Positions 1 to 9,803 of a stretch of 64,000 nucleotides of DNA are shown here, piece by piece. This DNA comes from an uncultured Spirochaetaceae bacterium (lineage in GTDB: Bacteria > Spirochaetota > Spirochaetia > DSM-27196 > CAZPXH01). Made by a program: the position numbers and the translations under genes. The first letter of the stretch is position 1. Every line of letters starts with the position of its first letter. The notes beneath the pieces were generated by a model. The model saw nothing but the letters and a program-made list of their open reading frames with translations. It was not told the DNA's origin and made no database searches. The stretch is taken from positions 158,426 through 222,425 of the forward strand of contig CAZPXH010000003.1 of the NCBI GenBank assembly GCA_964591085.1, read 5' to 3'.

Positions 1-739
1 CGTTTTCAGCAGCAGCAACACCGTCCACCGCGAGCTTGCCGGGCGAGCGAAGATCCTGTTCAGCAGCGCTTGAGCCCACTGCATCCCGGCCCGCTGACTT
101 CTCCGGCGCGGAACCAGGGGAGAATTGCTCCCCACGCTTGACACCGGACTCACCCGCCTGCCGGTCTACGGCAGCCTTCTCCGGTCTGCCTTCCGGCCTG
201 ACTGCGGTGAAGCCTTCAGTCAGCTCCGCCGAACCCGGTTTTTCGGACGGCGTTGCTGCGGTTGTGACCAGATCGCCGTCCTGGCCCGACGCGCCCTTTG
301 TCTGTTCCGAGCCATGCTTGCTCTTGGAATCCGCCTGTGAACCAGGCATGCGACCCTGGGAATCTGAGCCAGGCTTCCGAGGGACCTTGGCATCTGTATT
401 GTCCAGGGCACCCACCGGGATTGCATCGGCGGACTCGGGCACTGAATGGGCTTGAGACCCGGACCCGAAATCAGGCGCGGTGAACGCATGCTGATACTGT
501 TCGGGTCCGGCGGCAAAGTAGCCTGGCTGGGAGTGGGAAGTCCCGCTGGACGCAGCTGTCCTGGCCCTCTGTGCCTCTCCGAGCTGGTCAAGGTACGCGG
601 AAAAGCTCCCGGGGCCGTTATCGCCGCCGGACGGGGGACCAAGGCCGGCCAATTCCGGTGAAAGCGGCGCTACGCTGGTGGAGAGAGCACTCGGCCGCGG
701 GGGGCTGATGAGTGAGGAAATATCCGGCAGGCTTACCAT
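1..739 (-). CDS. fliK: Flagellar hook-length control protein FliK-like, N-terminal part (partial, runs off window edge)
   Basis: Manual minus-strand translation from the ATG at 739 is open to position 2 (MVSLPDISSLISPPRPSALSTSVAPLSPELAG...). The product is Pro/Ser/Gly/Ala-rich low complexity. It is absent from the ORF track because there is no stop inside the window. It lies directly downstream of flbB, where fliK sits in the Borrelia flgB operon (from memory). Confidence 0.4.
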   Translation of the reverse strand, partial: MVSLPDISSLISPPRPSALSTSVAPLSPELAGLGPPSGGDNGPGSFSAYLDQLGEAQRARTAASSGTSHSQPGYFAAGPEQYQHAFTAPDFGSGSQAHSVPESADAIPVGALDNTDAKVPRKPGSDSQGRMPGSQADSKSKHGSEQTKGASGQDGDLVTTAATPSEKPGSAELTEGFTAVRPEGRPEKAAVDRQAGESGVKRGEQFSPGSAPEKSAGRDAVGSSAAEQDLRSPGKLAVDGVAAAEN

Positions 740-782
740 GCCGTGGACCTCCGTTCGGCGCGCAGCCGCCGGAGGCCCCGTA

Positions 783-1412
783 TCAGGACTCGGCGGGCAC
801 CAGCGCCATCTTGCGCTGCAGTTCAGCTACCCGCTCGTCGGGTAGCTGGCTCAGCCAGAACGGCACCAGAGATGCCGTTCCGTTCTGCTGGGCAAGTTCC
901 TCCGTGACCCGCAGCACATCAATGAGGAACACGTCGTCGTATCCCTGCATGATGGCGACAGCGTTTGCCGGGGGCATTGCTGTCAGGTCCCGCGAGATCT
1001 GCACCAGGTTCGCTCTTCTATTGTCGTACCGGGCCACCCGCTCGTTGAACGAATTCTCACGGTCAGCCTGTGCCTGCTCCCGCTCCTGGAGTTCCGCGAG
1101 GCGCTGCTCGAAATCCGCCTGCGCTGCAGCGAGCTCCACTTCCCGATCCTCAAGCTCCTGTTCCCGAAACTGAAGCGCCTCCTGGTCCTTTGCCAGGCGT
1201 GCAGCATCCAGAAGAACAGGACTCTCCGCGGTAGCGGCGGGATCACGGCGTCCCTCTCCACCAAAGAGGCGGATGATGGGAGAGATCGTGTCTGTGATGT
1301 CTATCAGGCCAAGCACGTCAAACCACAGCGCGCCACCGGCAGTCAGACCCACCAGCAGGAGAAACAGAAGCAGAATGCGGGGGAAGGCACGAACCCGCCG
1401 AAGGTCAGCCAT
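783..1412 (-). CDS. flbB: Spirochaete flagellar collar protein FlbB (single N-terminal TM, coiled coil, MgtE-N/MotE-like C-terminal region)
   Basis: 209 aa. N-terminal TM FPRILLLFLLLVGLTAGGALWFDVLG, a central Glu/Gln/Arg coiled coil, and C-terminal PPANAVAIMQGYDD...LSQLPDERVAELQRKM. ATG at 1412 overlaps the fliJ stop by 8 nt. Position after fliJ matches the spirochaete flgB operon. Confidence 0.6.
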   Translation of the reverse strand: MADLRRVRAFPRILLLFLLLVGLTAGGALWFDVLGLIDITDTISPIIRLFGGEGRRDPAATAESPVLLDAARLAKDQEALQFREQELEDREVELAAAQADFEQRLAELQEREQAQADRENSFNERVARYDNRRANLVQISRDLTAMPPANAVAIMQGYDDVFLIDVLRVTEELAQQNGTASLVPFWLSQLPDERVAELQRKMALVPAES

Positions 1413-1842
1413 TTCCCGTGCTCCTCTCCCGGATCCAGCTCACGCCGGCGGCTTCCCCGAGTTCCCGGTCCTCAGCTTTCCGTTCTTCCCGGCGGTGCTC
1501 GTCCCGGCGGTGTTGGCGAAGACGCCGAAGCGCCTCACTGTCAGCGTAGTGCTGCTGGTAGGCCTGCGCGGCACGGTCTACTTCCGGCTGGAGCGTCTCG
1601 GCGAGTTCTGCGGCATGCCCGCGTGCGTCCGAAAGCATACGCCAGCGGTCCGATAGGTCTCCGCCTGACTGTAGGCTACCCGGCTCATGAAGGATGAGAT
1701 CCTGCAGCGTGGCGAGCTCGGCTTCCTGCTGGCGGTACTGGTTCTGTCGGGACAGCACGCGAGCGAGTTCAATCTCGGCCAGCTGTTCGCGGTACTCGCG
1801 GAGCCGGAGCACCGCCTCCAGGCCAAACCGAAAGCGCTTCAC
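1405..1842 (-). CDS. fliJ: Flagellar export chaperone FliJ
   Basis: 145 aa, all-helical and charged (MKRFRFGLEAVLRLREYREQLAEIELAR...). GTG start forms a GTGA overlap with the fliI stop. Canonical position after fliI. Confidence 0.7.
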   Translation of the reverse strand: MKRFRFGLEAVLRLREYREQLAEIELARVLSRQNQYRQQEAELATLQDLILHEPGSLQSGGDLSDRWRMLSDARGHAAELAETLQPEVDRAAQAYQQHYADSEALRRLRQHRRDEHRREERKAEDRELGEAAGVSWIRERSTGNG

Positions 1843-3242
1843 AGCTCACCCCCGCTGTCATCGGACCCGGAAAGACCGAGCGCCGCAAGCAACACGGCTT
1901 CAGCGGTGTTTCCCTCTCCACTGCTTGCTTCCGAGAGTCCAGCGGCCTGCCGGAGGCCGTTCAGTGTCTGCTCGGGCTCGCTCTTCTCCGTGATCCGCTG
2001 GCGCAGGAAGCCGTTGATCCCGTCAATCCTGGCAATGGCACGGTCTACCCTCGGATCGCTTCCTCGAGCGTAGGCACCAATGCTGATGAGATCCTCACGC
2101 TCGGTGTAGGCCGCCAGCAGGGACCGTAGCTCCCCTGCGGCTTCCTGCTGCGCCTGGTCCGTCACGCGGTTTTGGAGCCGGCTGATGGAGGAAAGCACGT
2201 CAACGGCCGGGTAATGGGAGCGCTCGGCCAGCCTGCGGCTTAGCACGAGGTGCCCATCCAGGATACCCCGGACCGTATCGCTGACCGGCTCGTCCAGGTC
2301 ATCGCCCTCCACCAGCACGGAGTAGAAGCCGGTTATGGTGCCCTTCGCCGATGTTCCGGCGCGTTCCAGCAGGCGCGGGAGCAGGGCAAACACAGAAGGC
2401 GGAAACCCGCGATTGGCGGGAGCCTCTCCCACGGAAAGGCCGATCTCCCGCTGCGCCCGCGCAAAGCGGGTAACGGAGTCAAAAAGCAGCATCACGTTCT
2501 TGCCGCGATCCCGGAAGTATTCGGCGATGGCAGTAGCAACGAATGCTCCACGGAGGCGAGCAAGCGGGGGCGTATCGGAGGTAGACACCACCACAACGCT
2601 CCGCTTGAGGCCTTCGGGACCGAGGTCGTTTTCCAGGAATTCCCGCACCTCCCGGGCTCGCTCTCCGATGAGTGCAACAACGTTCACATCGGCACTGGTG
2701 TTCCGCGCAATCATCCCCAGGAGCGTGGACTTGCCCACGCCGCTTGCGCTGAAGATTCCCATGCGCTGTCCCATGCCAACCGGAACAAGGGCGTCAATCG
2801 CGCGGACCCCGGTGTACAGCTTTTCAGTGATTGGTGCCCGTTCCATTGCTGGCGGCGGCGTAGCAAGAGCCGGATAGCTCCGGGTGGACGAGATCTCCCC
2901 GCGCCCGTCCGTGGGCCGCCCAAGCGAATCCAGAACCCGCCCCAGCAGCTTGTCGGAAACGGGAACGGACAGAGGGTAGCCCATGCCGATGACCGGTGTG
3001 CCAATCTCAATGCCCCCGGCCTCGGCAAAGGGCATGAGTTGTACGCGGCCGCCGTCCAGGCCAACAACCTCTGCCCACACGGTGCGTCCATCCGGGCGCT
3101 CCACCTGGGCAAGATCCCCGATCTGCGCCGGGGGACCTTCCGACTCAATCAGAAGGCCGCGCACCCGAACCACCCGGCCCATGTGCTTGATGGTGTCCAC
3201 GCCAGAGATGGCATCAACGTACTTCTGCAGGACGCTCGGCAT
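1839..3242 (-). CDS. fliI: Flagellum-specific ATPase FliI
   Basis: Walker A SASGVGKSTLLGMI, Walker B-type MLLFDSVTRFA, F1/T3SS ATPase-like throughout. The track ORF (to 3368) is over-extended. The ATG at 3242 (MPSVLQKYVDAI...) lies 1 nt after the fliH stop (3244-3246). Confidence 0.95.
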   Translation of the reverse strand: MPSVLQKYVDAISGVDTIKHMGRVVRVRGLLIESEGPPAQIGDLAQVERPDGRTVWAEVVGLDGGRVQLMPFAEAGGIEIGTPVIGMGYPLSVPVSDKLLGRVLDSLGRPTDGRGEISSTRSYPALATPPPAMERAPITEKLYTGVRAIDALVPVGMGQRMGIFSASGVGKSTLLGMIARNTSADVNVVALIGERAREVREFLENDLGPEGLKRSVVVVSTSDTPPLARLRGAFVATAIAEYFRDRGKNVMLLFDSVTRFARAQREIGLSVGEAPANRGFPPSVFALLPRLLERAGTSAKGTITGFYSVLVEGDDLDEPVSDTVRGILDGHLVLSRRLAERSHYPAVDVLSSISRLQNRVTDQAQQEAAGELRSLLAAYTEREDLISIGAYARGSDPRVDRAIARIDGINGFLRQRITEKSEPEQTLNGLRQAAGLSEASSGEGNTAEAVLLAALGLSGSDDSGGEL

Positions 3243-3243
3243 A

Positions 3244-4161
3244 TCAGCCCCCCGGAGCCCGAATTGGCGCGAGTTCGATGATCCTGTCCTCAATCTCGCG
3301 CAACTGGCTGGCGATTCTGGCGTCAATCTGGCCAAAGTCCGTTTCAATGATGGCGCCGCCGGGATCAACGGTGCTGTCTTCCATCACCGTGATGTTCCCC
3401 ACGCGCTCAATGGTGCGGGTCAGTTCTTCCGCGTGCTCAGTTGTCAGCTTGAGATCCGCGATGTTCACCCGGATCACAATGTCACTCCGGGACTTCAGCT
3501 TCCTGAGCGCCTGGACCACGTTGTTGATCACGATGTTGCGCTGATTCTCACTGATGACCTTCACGACCTTCTGGGCGATCTGCAGGACGAGGTGGATGAG
3601 CTGCCCTTCACTTTCCTCGATGATCTCGTTGCGGCGATCAATGGCGCGGTTGAGAATTCGGTGGAGGCGCTCAACGACGCGATCCACCTCCGCTCGACCG
3701 GACTCGTAGCCGGCTTCTTCGCCTGCTTCCCGTCCGCGCTTCTCGGCTTCCGCCTCAACTCCGGCGGCCTCCGAGCGGGCGCGGGCAACAATCTGCTCTG
3801 CCTCCGCTCTGGCCTTCTTCAGGATGTCATCTGCCTCTGTCTGCGCATCCGCGCGGATCTTCTGCGCCTGATCGTTCTTTGCCTTTACCTCATCAAAGGC
3901 GCGCTGCTCGGCATCCTGCCGGATCTGTTCGGCTTCGGACTCGGCCTCCGCAACCATCCGGGCCTTCTCTTCTTCCCAAGTCTTGCGGAAGGACTCCGCC
4001 TCCCGACGGAGATCGTCGGCGGTTGGCCCGGTGAACTCTTCCATCGCGTCCAGGGATTCCAGCTGGGCAAAGGCGGCCCGCCGTGGCGGCTCAGGAGGCG
4101 AGATGTGCACCTTGGCATCGGAGATCTTCACTTCGCCGGATCGGAATACGTTCTTTGCCAC
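3244..4161 (-). CDS. fliH: Flagellar assembly protein FliH
   Basis: 305 aa. Long Glu/Ala/Arg-rich helical region, then C-terminal ...DPGGAIIETDFGQIDARIASQLREIE typical of FliH. Lies between fliG and fliI. Confidence 0.85.
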   Translation of the reverse strand: MAKNVFRSGEVKISDAKVHISPPEPPRRAAFAQLESLDAMEEFTGPTADDLRREAESFRKTWEEEKARMVAEAESEAEQIRQDAEQRAFDEVKAKNDQAQKIRADAQTEADDILKKARAEAEQIVARARSEAAGVEAEAEKRGREAGEEAGYESGRAEVDRVVERLHRILNRAIDRRNEIIEESEGQLIHLVLQIAQKVVKVISENQRNIVINNVVQALRKLKSRSDIVIRVNIADLKLTTEHAEELTRTIERVGNITVMEDSTVDPGGAIIETDFGQIDARIASQLREIEDRIIELAPIRAPGG

Positions 4162-4182
4162 TCCCTGCTCCTATGCGGCCAC

Positions 4183-5262
4183 TCAGACCACCAGTTCGTC
4201 CTCGCCAGCGCGGGCAATCACAACCTCGCCCTGCTCCTCCAGCTTTCTGATGATGCTCACGATTTTCTGCTGGGACTCCTCCACGTCCTTCATGCGGATC
4301 GGTCCCATGAATTCCATGTCTTCCTTCAGCAGCGTAGCCGCTCGCTTTGACATATTGCGGAAGATCTTGTCCTGGACCTCGGTGTCTACCGACTTCAGGG
4401 CCTTGGCCAGCTCGTTGGTATCCACTTCCCGCATGACCTTCTGAATGGCCCTGTCGTCCAGCATGACGATGTCCTCGAACACGAACATGCGCTTCTTGAT
4501 GTCTTCTGCCAGCTCCGGATCTTCCTCTTCCAGGTTCTCGATGATGGACTTTTCCGTTGCGCGATCCACCAGGTTGAGGATTTCCACGATGCTTTCCACG
4601 CCACCTGCAGCGGTGTAGTCCTCGCTTGAGAGCGTGGAGAGCTTCTTCTCCAGCACCCGCTCAACCTCTCGCAGGGTTTCCGGCGAGGTCCGGTCCATCA
4701 TGGCAATTCTCTTTGCCACGTCAGACTGGATCTCGTGCGGCAGGCTGCCGAGGATCACAGAGGCCTTGTTCGGCTCAAGGTAGGCGAGAATCAGCGCAAT
4801 GGTCTGCGGGTGTTCCTGTTGGATGAAGTTCAGCAGGTGCATGGGATCGGTACGGCGGACAAAGTCAAAGGGCCTGACCTGCAGGCTGGAAGTCAGCCGG
4901 TTGATGATGTCAACTGCCTTCTGACTGCCGAGAGATTTCTCCAGGAGCTCCCGGGCATAGTCGATGCCGCCGGTGGTGATGAACTCCTGCGCGCGCATCA
5001 TCTCCCGGAACTCGTCCAGGACCATCTCACGTTCTTCCGAGTCAATGGTCTCAAGCCGCGCAATCTCGAACGTGAGGGTCTCTATTTCGTCCTCGCGCAG
5101 GTGCTTGAAGATCTCCGAGGAGATCTCGCTCCCCAGCGTTACCAGGAATACCGCTGCCTTCTGACGGCCGTTGAGTTCCCGCTTCACCCCACTCTTCTTG
5201 GACCCGCCACCGGCGCTGCGCTCTGCCGCGGGCTGTGCCTGTCTTGCCGTAGTCTTCGCCAT
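4183..5262 (-). CDS. fliG: Flagellar motor switch protein FliG
   Basis: 359 aa. GRQKAAVFLVTLGSEISSEIFKHLREDEIETLTFEIA... and C-terminal torque-helix region ...MSKRAATLLKEDMEFMGPIRMKDVEESQQKIV. Confidence 0.95.
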   Translation of the reverse strand: MAKTTARQAQPAAERSAGGGSKKSGVKRELNGRQKAAVFLVTLGSEISSEIFKHLREDEIETLTFEIARLETIDSEEREMVLDEFREMMRAQEFITTGGIDYARELLEKSLGSQKAVDIINRLTSSLQVRPFDFVRRTDPMHLLNFIQQEHPQTIALILAYLEPNKASVILGSLPHEIQSDVAKRIAMMDRTSPETLREVERVLEKKLSTLSSEDYTAAGGVESIVEILNLVDRATEKSIIENLEEEDPELAEDIKKRMFVFEDIVMLDDRAIQKVMREVDTNELAKALKSVDTEVQDKIFRNMSKRAATLLKEDMEFMGPIRMKDVEESQQKIVSIIRKLEEQGEVVIARAGEDELVV

Positions 5263-5265
5263 ATC

Positions 5266-6969
5266 CTACTCCTCCAGCAGCCAGGTCCGTACCAGGCGAG
5301 CAACGTCCTCCGGACGCTCCCTCGCAAGGTTGATGACGTCTTCCTGCAGTTCCAGGCGTGCGCGGTCTTCCACGCTCATCTCCACTTCCGCGCCTTCTTC
5401 CTCGGCGCTCCGGAGAGCGGCCTCACGCATTGCCTGGTGCTGACGCGCCAGCTCCTCCTCCCGGAGGCGGCGCCGGCGCTCAACTTCCCGAGACACCAGT
5501 CTAAAGATAATAAAGGCAACGAGCAGGATTGCGATGCTCAGGAGCGCGAGTAGCACGGCCCGCTGGACGTTCTGCTGCCGAAGCAGCGCCGCATCCTCCT
5601 CCTGGAACTCCTCAGTGCGGTCAAACTGGATGTTTCGCACGCTCACAGAGTCTCCGCGTGCCACGCTGTAACCAACAGCGTGCTCAACCAGGTCCCGTGC
5701 ATCGGCAATTTCCTCCGGGGTCAGCGCCGTGTACTGCCGCTGAACCTCACCGGCATCAACCACAATCTGCCCGTCTTCCTCCCGGAGGACCCGCCACACC
5801 CCGTCTATGGCAACGGCCGCAGACACCCGGCGCACTGAAGGCGTGCCTTCTTCCACCGTCACCTCGGAGTTGATCTCGTTGTTGACCACTGTCTGCTGGC
5901 GATCGTAGTCGCCGAAGATGTTGTCCAGGTCCTGGAAGGCTGGCGGAACCTGACCCTCAACCCCCGGAGGGCCTTCCGGGTTGATTCCGCTGCCCTGGAA
6001 GGTCTCCGAAAACTCCTCCCGGGAGCGCTCGATGGAGAGAACGAACTGCTCCTCGCTGAAGGGAGTTTCCGGGTTGTCCTCCACGGTCACGATAGGGCTG
6101 AACTCCTGACGCTCAGTGGTCCGGCGCCCAAAGTCCAGTTCCACGTCCAGGTTCACGATCTCAACGCGGTCTCTCCGGTAGATTGCGGAGAGCGAAGTGA
6201 GGATTGCGTCTATGTACTGTCGCTCAATGTCGCGTTCAATCTGCAGTTCACGCCGACGGCGCTCCAGATCATCAACATCCGCGAGGTTCTCAAAGTCGTT
6301 GAGGCGCACACCGGAGCTATCGTTGATGGTGATGTTCTCCGGCATCAGGCCTTCAATGGCAAACTGCACCAGGCGCTGGATGCCCTCCACCTTGGTCCGG
6401 TTCTCCCGGATGTCACTTCCCGGTCTTGGACTGATCACGATGCTTGCCGTCACCGGATCCTGATCCTCGGCAAACAGCTCGTCCTCCGGGAAGGTAAGGT
6501 TCACGCTTGCGGTATCAATGTCATCCAGGGCTTCCAGGTGCAGCTCAAGCTCACGCTGGATTGCCCGGCGGAGATTGATGTTCCGCTCAAAGTCAGTCTG
6601 GGTCCAACGCTCCACGTCAAAGAGATCCCAGGGATCCACATCCGCGGTGACAAGATCTTCCCTGATGAGGATTGCGCCGGCGCGCCTGGCTGTGATCTCG
6701 TCCGCTACGGTAATGAAACCTTCGGCGTTGGCGGAGGCGTCAATACCCTCCTCCTCCAGGCGGAGAAGAATCTGCGTGCGCTGTACAGGATCAGTTACTG
6801 GTACATCAAACACCCGTACCGAGGCGGGTGCGGTGCTGAACACAACAAGCAGCACAACCGCGAGGACAGCGGCACCAAGCACGCCGACCAGGATCAGCTT
6901 CTGCGTGGTGCTCCATTTCTGCCAGGTAGTCCTGATCTGTTCGATCAGGCGTCTGAGCCACTCGTTCAT
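5266..6969 (-). CDS. fliF: Flagellar MS-ring protein FliF
   Basis: 567 aa. N-terminal TM (LILVGVLGAAVLAVVLLVVF), a periplasmic ring region, a second TM (AVLLALLSIAILLVAFIIF) and a charged C-terminus. GGGAGGGG RBS before the ATG at 6969. Confidence 0.95.
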   Translation of the reverse strand: MNEWLRRLIEQIRTTWQKWSTTQKLILVGVLGAAVLAVVLLVVFSTAPASVRVFDVPVTDPVQRTQILLRLEEEGIDASANAEGFITVADEITARRAGAILIREDLVTADVDPWDLFDVERWTQTDFERNINLRRAIQRELELHLEALDDIDTASVNLTFPEDELFAEDQDPVTASIVISPRPGSDIRENRTKVEGIQRLVQFAIEGLMPENITINDSSGVRLNDFENLADVDDLERRRRELQIERDIERQYIDAILTSLSAIYRRDRVEIVNLDVELDFGRRTTERQEFSPIVTVEDNPETPFSEEQFVLSIERSREEFSETFQGSGINPEGPPGVEGQVPPAFQDLDNIFGDYDRQQTVVNNEINSEVTVEEGTPSVRRVSAAVAIDGVWRVLREEDGQIVVDAGEVQRQYTALTPEEIADARDLVEHAVGYSVARGDSVSVRNIQFDRTEEFQEEDAALLRQQNVQRAVLLALLSIAILLVAFIIFRLVSREVERRRRLREEELARQHQAMREAALRSAEEEGAEVEMSVEDRARLELQEDVINLARERPEDVARLVRTWLLEE

Positions 6970-7078
6970 AACCCCTCCCAGGAACGAGACACCCGCTCAA
7001 CGTGTGGGCGGGCTATGTCGGTGCCGCGGCCCCCGCCACGACGATCTGCCCGGCCGGATCCCCCGATCCCGCCGCGCG

Positions 7079-7099
7079 CCCCCACCAAAACGGTGGGAG
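7079..7099 (-). other. Stem-loop in the 146-nt fliE-fliF spacer
   Basis: Plus strand cc-cccacc-aaaac-ggtggg-ag. A 6-bp core stem (CCCACC/GGTGGG) with a 5-nt loop, extendable by 2 pairs. There is no flanking U-tract. Confidence 0.3.
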
Positions 7100-7115
7100 C
7101 CAGCCTCCGCTTCCC

Positions 7116-7499
7116 TTAGCGGAGGTTGATGATCTCGCGATACGCCTGCAGAACCCGGTCCACAACGTTTCGCGTGATACTGATGGCAGTCTGCGCCTTG
7201 GCAGCAGCCACCGTCAAATCATGCACGTCTACGCTCTGCGGGTCCAGTTGTGCCTGAATCGCAAGGTTGGTGTGCGTCTGCTCCAGATCGTTCACTTCGG
7301 AAAGCGAGTTGAACACCAGGTCCGCAAAACTGCGCCCCTGCTCAACCGCCGGCTGATTCGGTCCATCCGGCCGAATTCGGTCTGCATCTACAAGCTGGGA
7401 CTGGGGCGTCACCACCCGGTTCTGCCCGATGTGGCGCGGATTGGTCCGAACGAGCCCGATGTCAGCTCCCTGCAGATCCTGTGGGCCTAGAAACGTCAT
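7116..7499 (-). CDS. fliE: Flagellar hook-basal body protein FliE
   Basis: 127 aa. C-terminal ...DVHDLTVAAAKAQTAISITRNVVDRVLQAYREIINLR is the FliE signature region. Follows flgC. Confidence 0.85.
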   Translation of the reverse strand: MTFLGPQDLQGADIGLVRTNPRHIGQNRVVTPQSQLVDADRIRPDGPNQPAVEQGRSFADLVFNSLSEVNDLEQTHTNLAIQAQLDPQSVDVHDLTVAAAKAQTAISITRNVVDRVLQAYREIINLR

Positions 7500-7506
7500 T
7501 GTTCAG

Positions 7507-7965
7507 CTACCTCCCAATCTCCAGGGCTCGAGCAAACATGTTCTTGGCCCCTTCAATTACCTGAACGTTGGCCTCATAGCTCCGGCTTGCGGAGATGAGA
7601 TCCACCATTTCCTGCACGATGTTGATGTTGGGATACTGGACGTATCCCGCCTGTGGTCCGGTCTGAATGGCATCCGGGTGCGTGGGGTCATAGACCAGCC
7701 GAAGCTCTGCATCAAAGTCCTTGTCCACGCTGACCGCGCGCACACCCTGACCCACGCCGTCATCAAGGCCCTCGGGCAGAAATGCGCTCTCCCAGGTTGG
7801 CTGCTCCACGCGGGGACGGACGATGACTCGGCTCCGGCGGAACGCTTCACCGTTGGTGGTCCGGGTGGTTTCCGCGTTGGCAATGTTGTCAGCTATCACG
7901 TCCTGGCGGAGGCGCTGGACCGAGAGCCCGCTGGATGCGGTGTTGATTACGCTGAAGATACCCAT
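7507..7965 (-). CDS. flgC: Flagellar basal-body rod protein FlgC
   Basis: 152 aa. N-terminal rod motif SGLSVQRLRQDVIADNIANAETT and C-terminal YVQYPNINIVQEMVDLISASRSYEANVQVI. ATGA overlap with flgB. Confidence 0.93.
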   Translation of the reverse strand: MGIFSVINTASSGLSVQRLRQDVIADNIANAETTRTTNGEAFRRSRVIVRPRVEQPTWESAFLPEGLDDGVGQGVRAVSVDKDFDAELRLVYDPTHPDAIQTGPQAGYVQYPNINIVQEMVDLISASRSYEANVQVIEGAKNMFARALEIGR

Positions 7966-8420
7966 CAGCCAGCCCCCAGAACTATGTTGATCCGCCGGAA
8001 CTGCGCGGCAACCGAGTCCGTCATCAGCGTGTAGGCAAGCTGCTGATTCAGCAGGTTCATGCTCTCTGTTTCCAGGTCCACGTTGTTTCCGTTGTTGTCA
8101 CTGGTGGACAGGAAGTCGGTGACAGTTCGCGGTTGCACCTGACGATAGTCCACCGGGCGCTCAAACGGGATGTGGCGCTCGTTGGTGTAGTAGTTCCGGG
8201 AACTGCCGACCCGCGTCTCAAAGGTCTCCTGCTGCTCCAGTGCGGCCCGGAGTGAGGTCTCAAAGTTGAGCACTTCCCGCTTGAAGTTGGGCGTGTCCGC
8301 GTTGGCAATGTTGTGCGCCGTGACGTTTTGCCGCAGCAGATTCACGTCCATGAGCCGCTGCATGATGTCCAGGGATCGCCCGAAGCTGTTTCCTTCAAAC
8401 ATCCTTCCCCCCGTTGTCAT
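7965..8420 (-). CDS. flgB: Flagellar basal-body rod protein FlgB
   Basis: Rod motif LLRQNVTAHNIANADTPNFKR. The ATG at 8402 (MFEGNS...) is preceded by GGGGGGAAGG and may be the true start. The 8420 ATG has no visible RBS. Confidence 0.9.
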   Translation of the reverse strand: MTTGGRMFEGNSFGRSLDIMQRLMDVNLLRQNVTAHNIANADTPNFKREVLNFETSLRAALEQQETFETRVGSSRNYYTNERHIPFERPVDYRQVQPRTVTDFLSTSDNNGNNVDLETESMNLLNQQLAYTLMTDSVAAQFRRINIVLGAG

Positions 8421-8450
8421 GGTCGGCGCGGTGAGCGCGGGCTTGAGGCT

Positions 8451-9803
8451 TCACAGGATGTACCTCGAAAGGTCCTGATCCTGCACCACCTCGGAAAGGC
8501 GTTCCCTCACGTAGTCGGCGGTGATTGGGATGGCCTGGCCGGCGAGATCCGGGGCGTTGAAGGACAGGTCCTCAAGCAGAAGCTCAAGAACCGTGTGCAG
8601 ACGCCGGGCGCCGATGTTCTCCGTCCGCGAGTTCACTTCCGCGGCAATCCGGGCGATCTCCGCTATTGCATCAGGCCGGAAGTCCAGGGTTACGTCCTCT
8701 GTCTTGAGCAGCTCGGTGTACTGGCGGATCAGCGCGTTGTTCGGCTCGGTGAGGATTCGCTCGAAGTCGCCCTCAGTCAGATTCTTCAGCTCCACCCGTA
8801 TCGGGAAGCGGCCCTGGAGCTCCGGGATCAGATCGCTGGGCTTGCTGGTGTGGAACGCGCCGGCAGCAATGAACAGGATGTGAGACGTGTCCACCATGCC
8901 GTGCTTGGTGTTCACCTGGCTGCCTTCCACGATTGGGAGGATATCCCGCTGAACGCCTTCCCGGCTGACATCAACCCCTTGTCGGTTCTCCCGACTGGCC
9001 ACCTTATCTATCTCATCAATGAATATGATGCCCATCTGCTCCACGCGATCGCGAGCGAGCTCGGAGACCCGGTCGGTATCAACCAGCTTGTCCATCTCCT
9101 CGGACAGGATGATCTCCCGTGCTCGCTTCACAGTGGTGCGCTTGCGTTTCTTCTTCCCACCCAGCAGGCCACCGAGGTTGCCAAGATTAAGGTCCATTTC
9201 CTCAAACGTGGATCCGGAGAAGATCTCAATTGCCGGCGTCATGGACCGGTTCACGGTTACCTCAACCTCGCGCTCTTCCAGTTCGCCGTTTCTCAGTTTC
9301 TCCCGGAACTTCTCACGGGTACTGGTTCGGGATTCTCCGGATACAAAACCGGCGGTCTGTTTCTGGTCTTCATCCAGGCCCGGAAGCAGAAGGTCCAGTA
9401 GCTGCTCCTCGGCACGACGCTCTGCGTCGTCCTTGACCCGCTCCTGCATCTCCGTCTTCACCATTGTGACGGCAACGCCAACGAGGTCCCGGATCATGCT
9501 CTCCACATCACGCCCGACGTATCCGACCTCCGTGTACTTGGTTGCTTCTATCTTCAGAAACGGCGCACCGGTGAGGCGGGACAGGCGGCGGGCAATTTCG
9601 GTCTTCCCCACTCCGGTTGGCCCGATCATGATGATGTTCTTGGGAGAGATCTCGTCCCGCAGCTCATCGGGCAGGCGCTGCCGCCTGAGGCGATTGCGCA
9701 AGGCAACGGCAACGGCTCGCTTGGCGTCCTGCTGGCCAATGATGTAGCGGTCCAGTTCCCGGCAGATTTCGCTTGGAGTCAGATCTTCCAGAAGGTTGCT
9801 CAC
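8451..9803 (-). CDS. hslU: ATP-dependent protease ATPase subunit HslU
   Basis: 450 aa. Walker [16 protein letters not shown], Walker [11 protein letters not shown], ClpX/HslU-type I-domain. GTGA overlap with hslV. Confidence 0.97.
   Translation of the reverse strand: MSNLLEDLTPSEICRELDRYIIGQQDAKRAVAVALRNRLRRQRLPDELRDEISPKNIIMIGPTGVGKTEIARRLSRLTGAPFLKIEATKYTEVGYVGRDVESMIRDLVGVAVTMVKTEMQERVKDDAERRAEEQLLDLLLPGLDEDQKQTAGFVSGESRTSTREKFREKLRNGELEEREVEVTVNRSMTPAIEIFSGSTFEEMDLNLGNLGGLLGGKKKRKRTTVKRAREIILSEEMDKLVDTDRVSELARDRVEQMGIIFIDEIDKVASRENRQGVDVSREGVQRDILPIVEGSQVNTKHGMVDTSHILFIAAGAFHTSKPSDLIPELQGRFPIRVELKNLTEGDFERILTEPNNALIRQYTELLKTEDVTLDFRPDAIAEIARIAAEVNSRTENIGARRLHTVLELLLEDLSFNAPDLAGQAIPITADYVRERLSEVVQDQDLSRYIL

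Noticed and set aside
2983-4350. 455-aa plus-strand ORF antisense to fliI/fliH. Similar long ORFs occur at 2250-3281, 4735-5553, 6518-7129 and 8313-9401.
   Set aside because: These lie opposite or out of frame to genes with strong family signatures. Their products are Arg/Pro/Gly/His-rich low complexity, typical of stop-poor shadow frames in GC-rich DNA. They have no RBS and no family resemblance.
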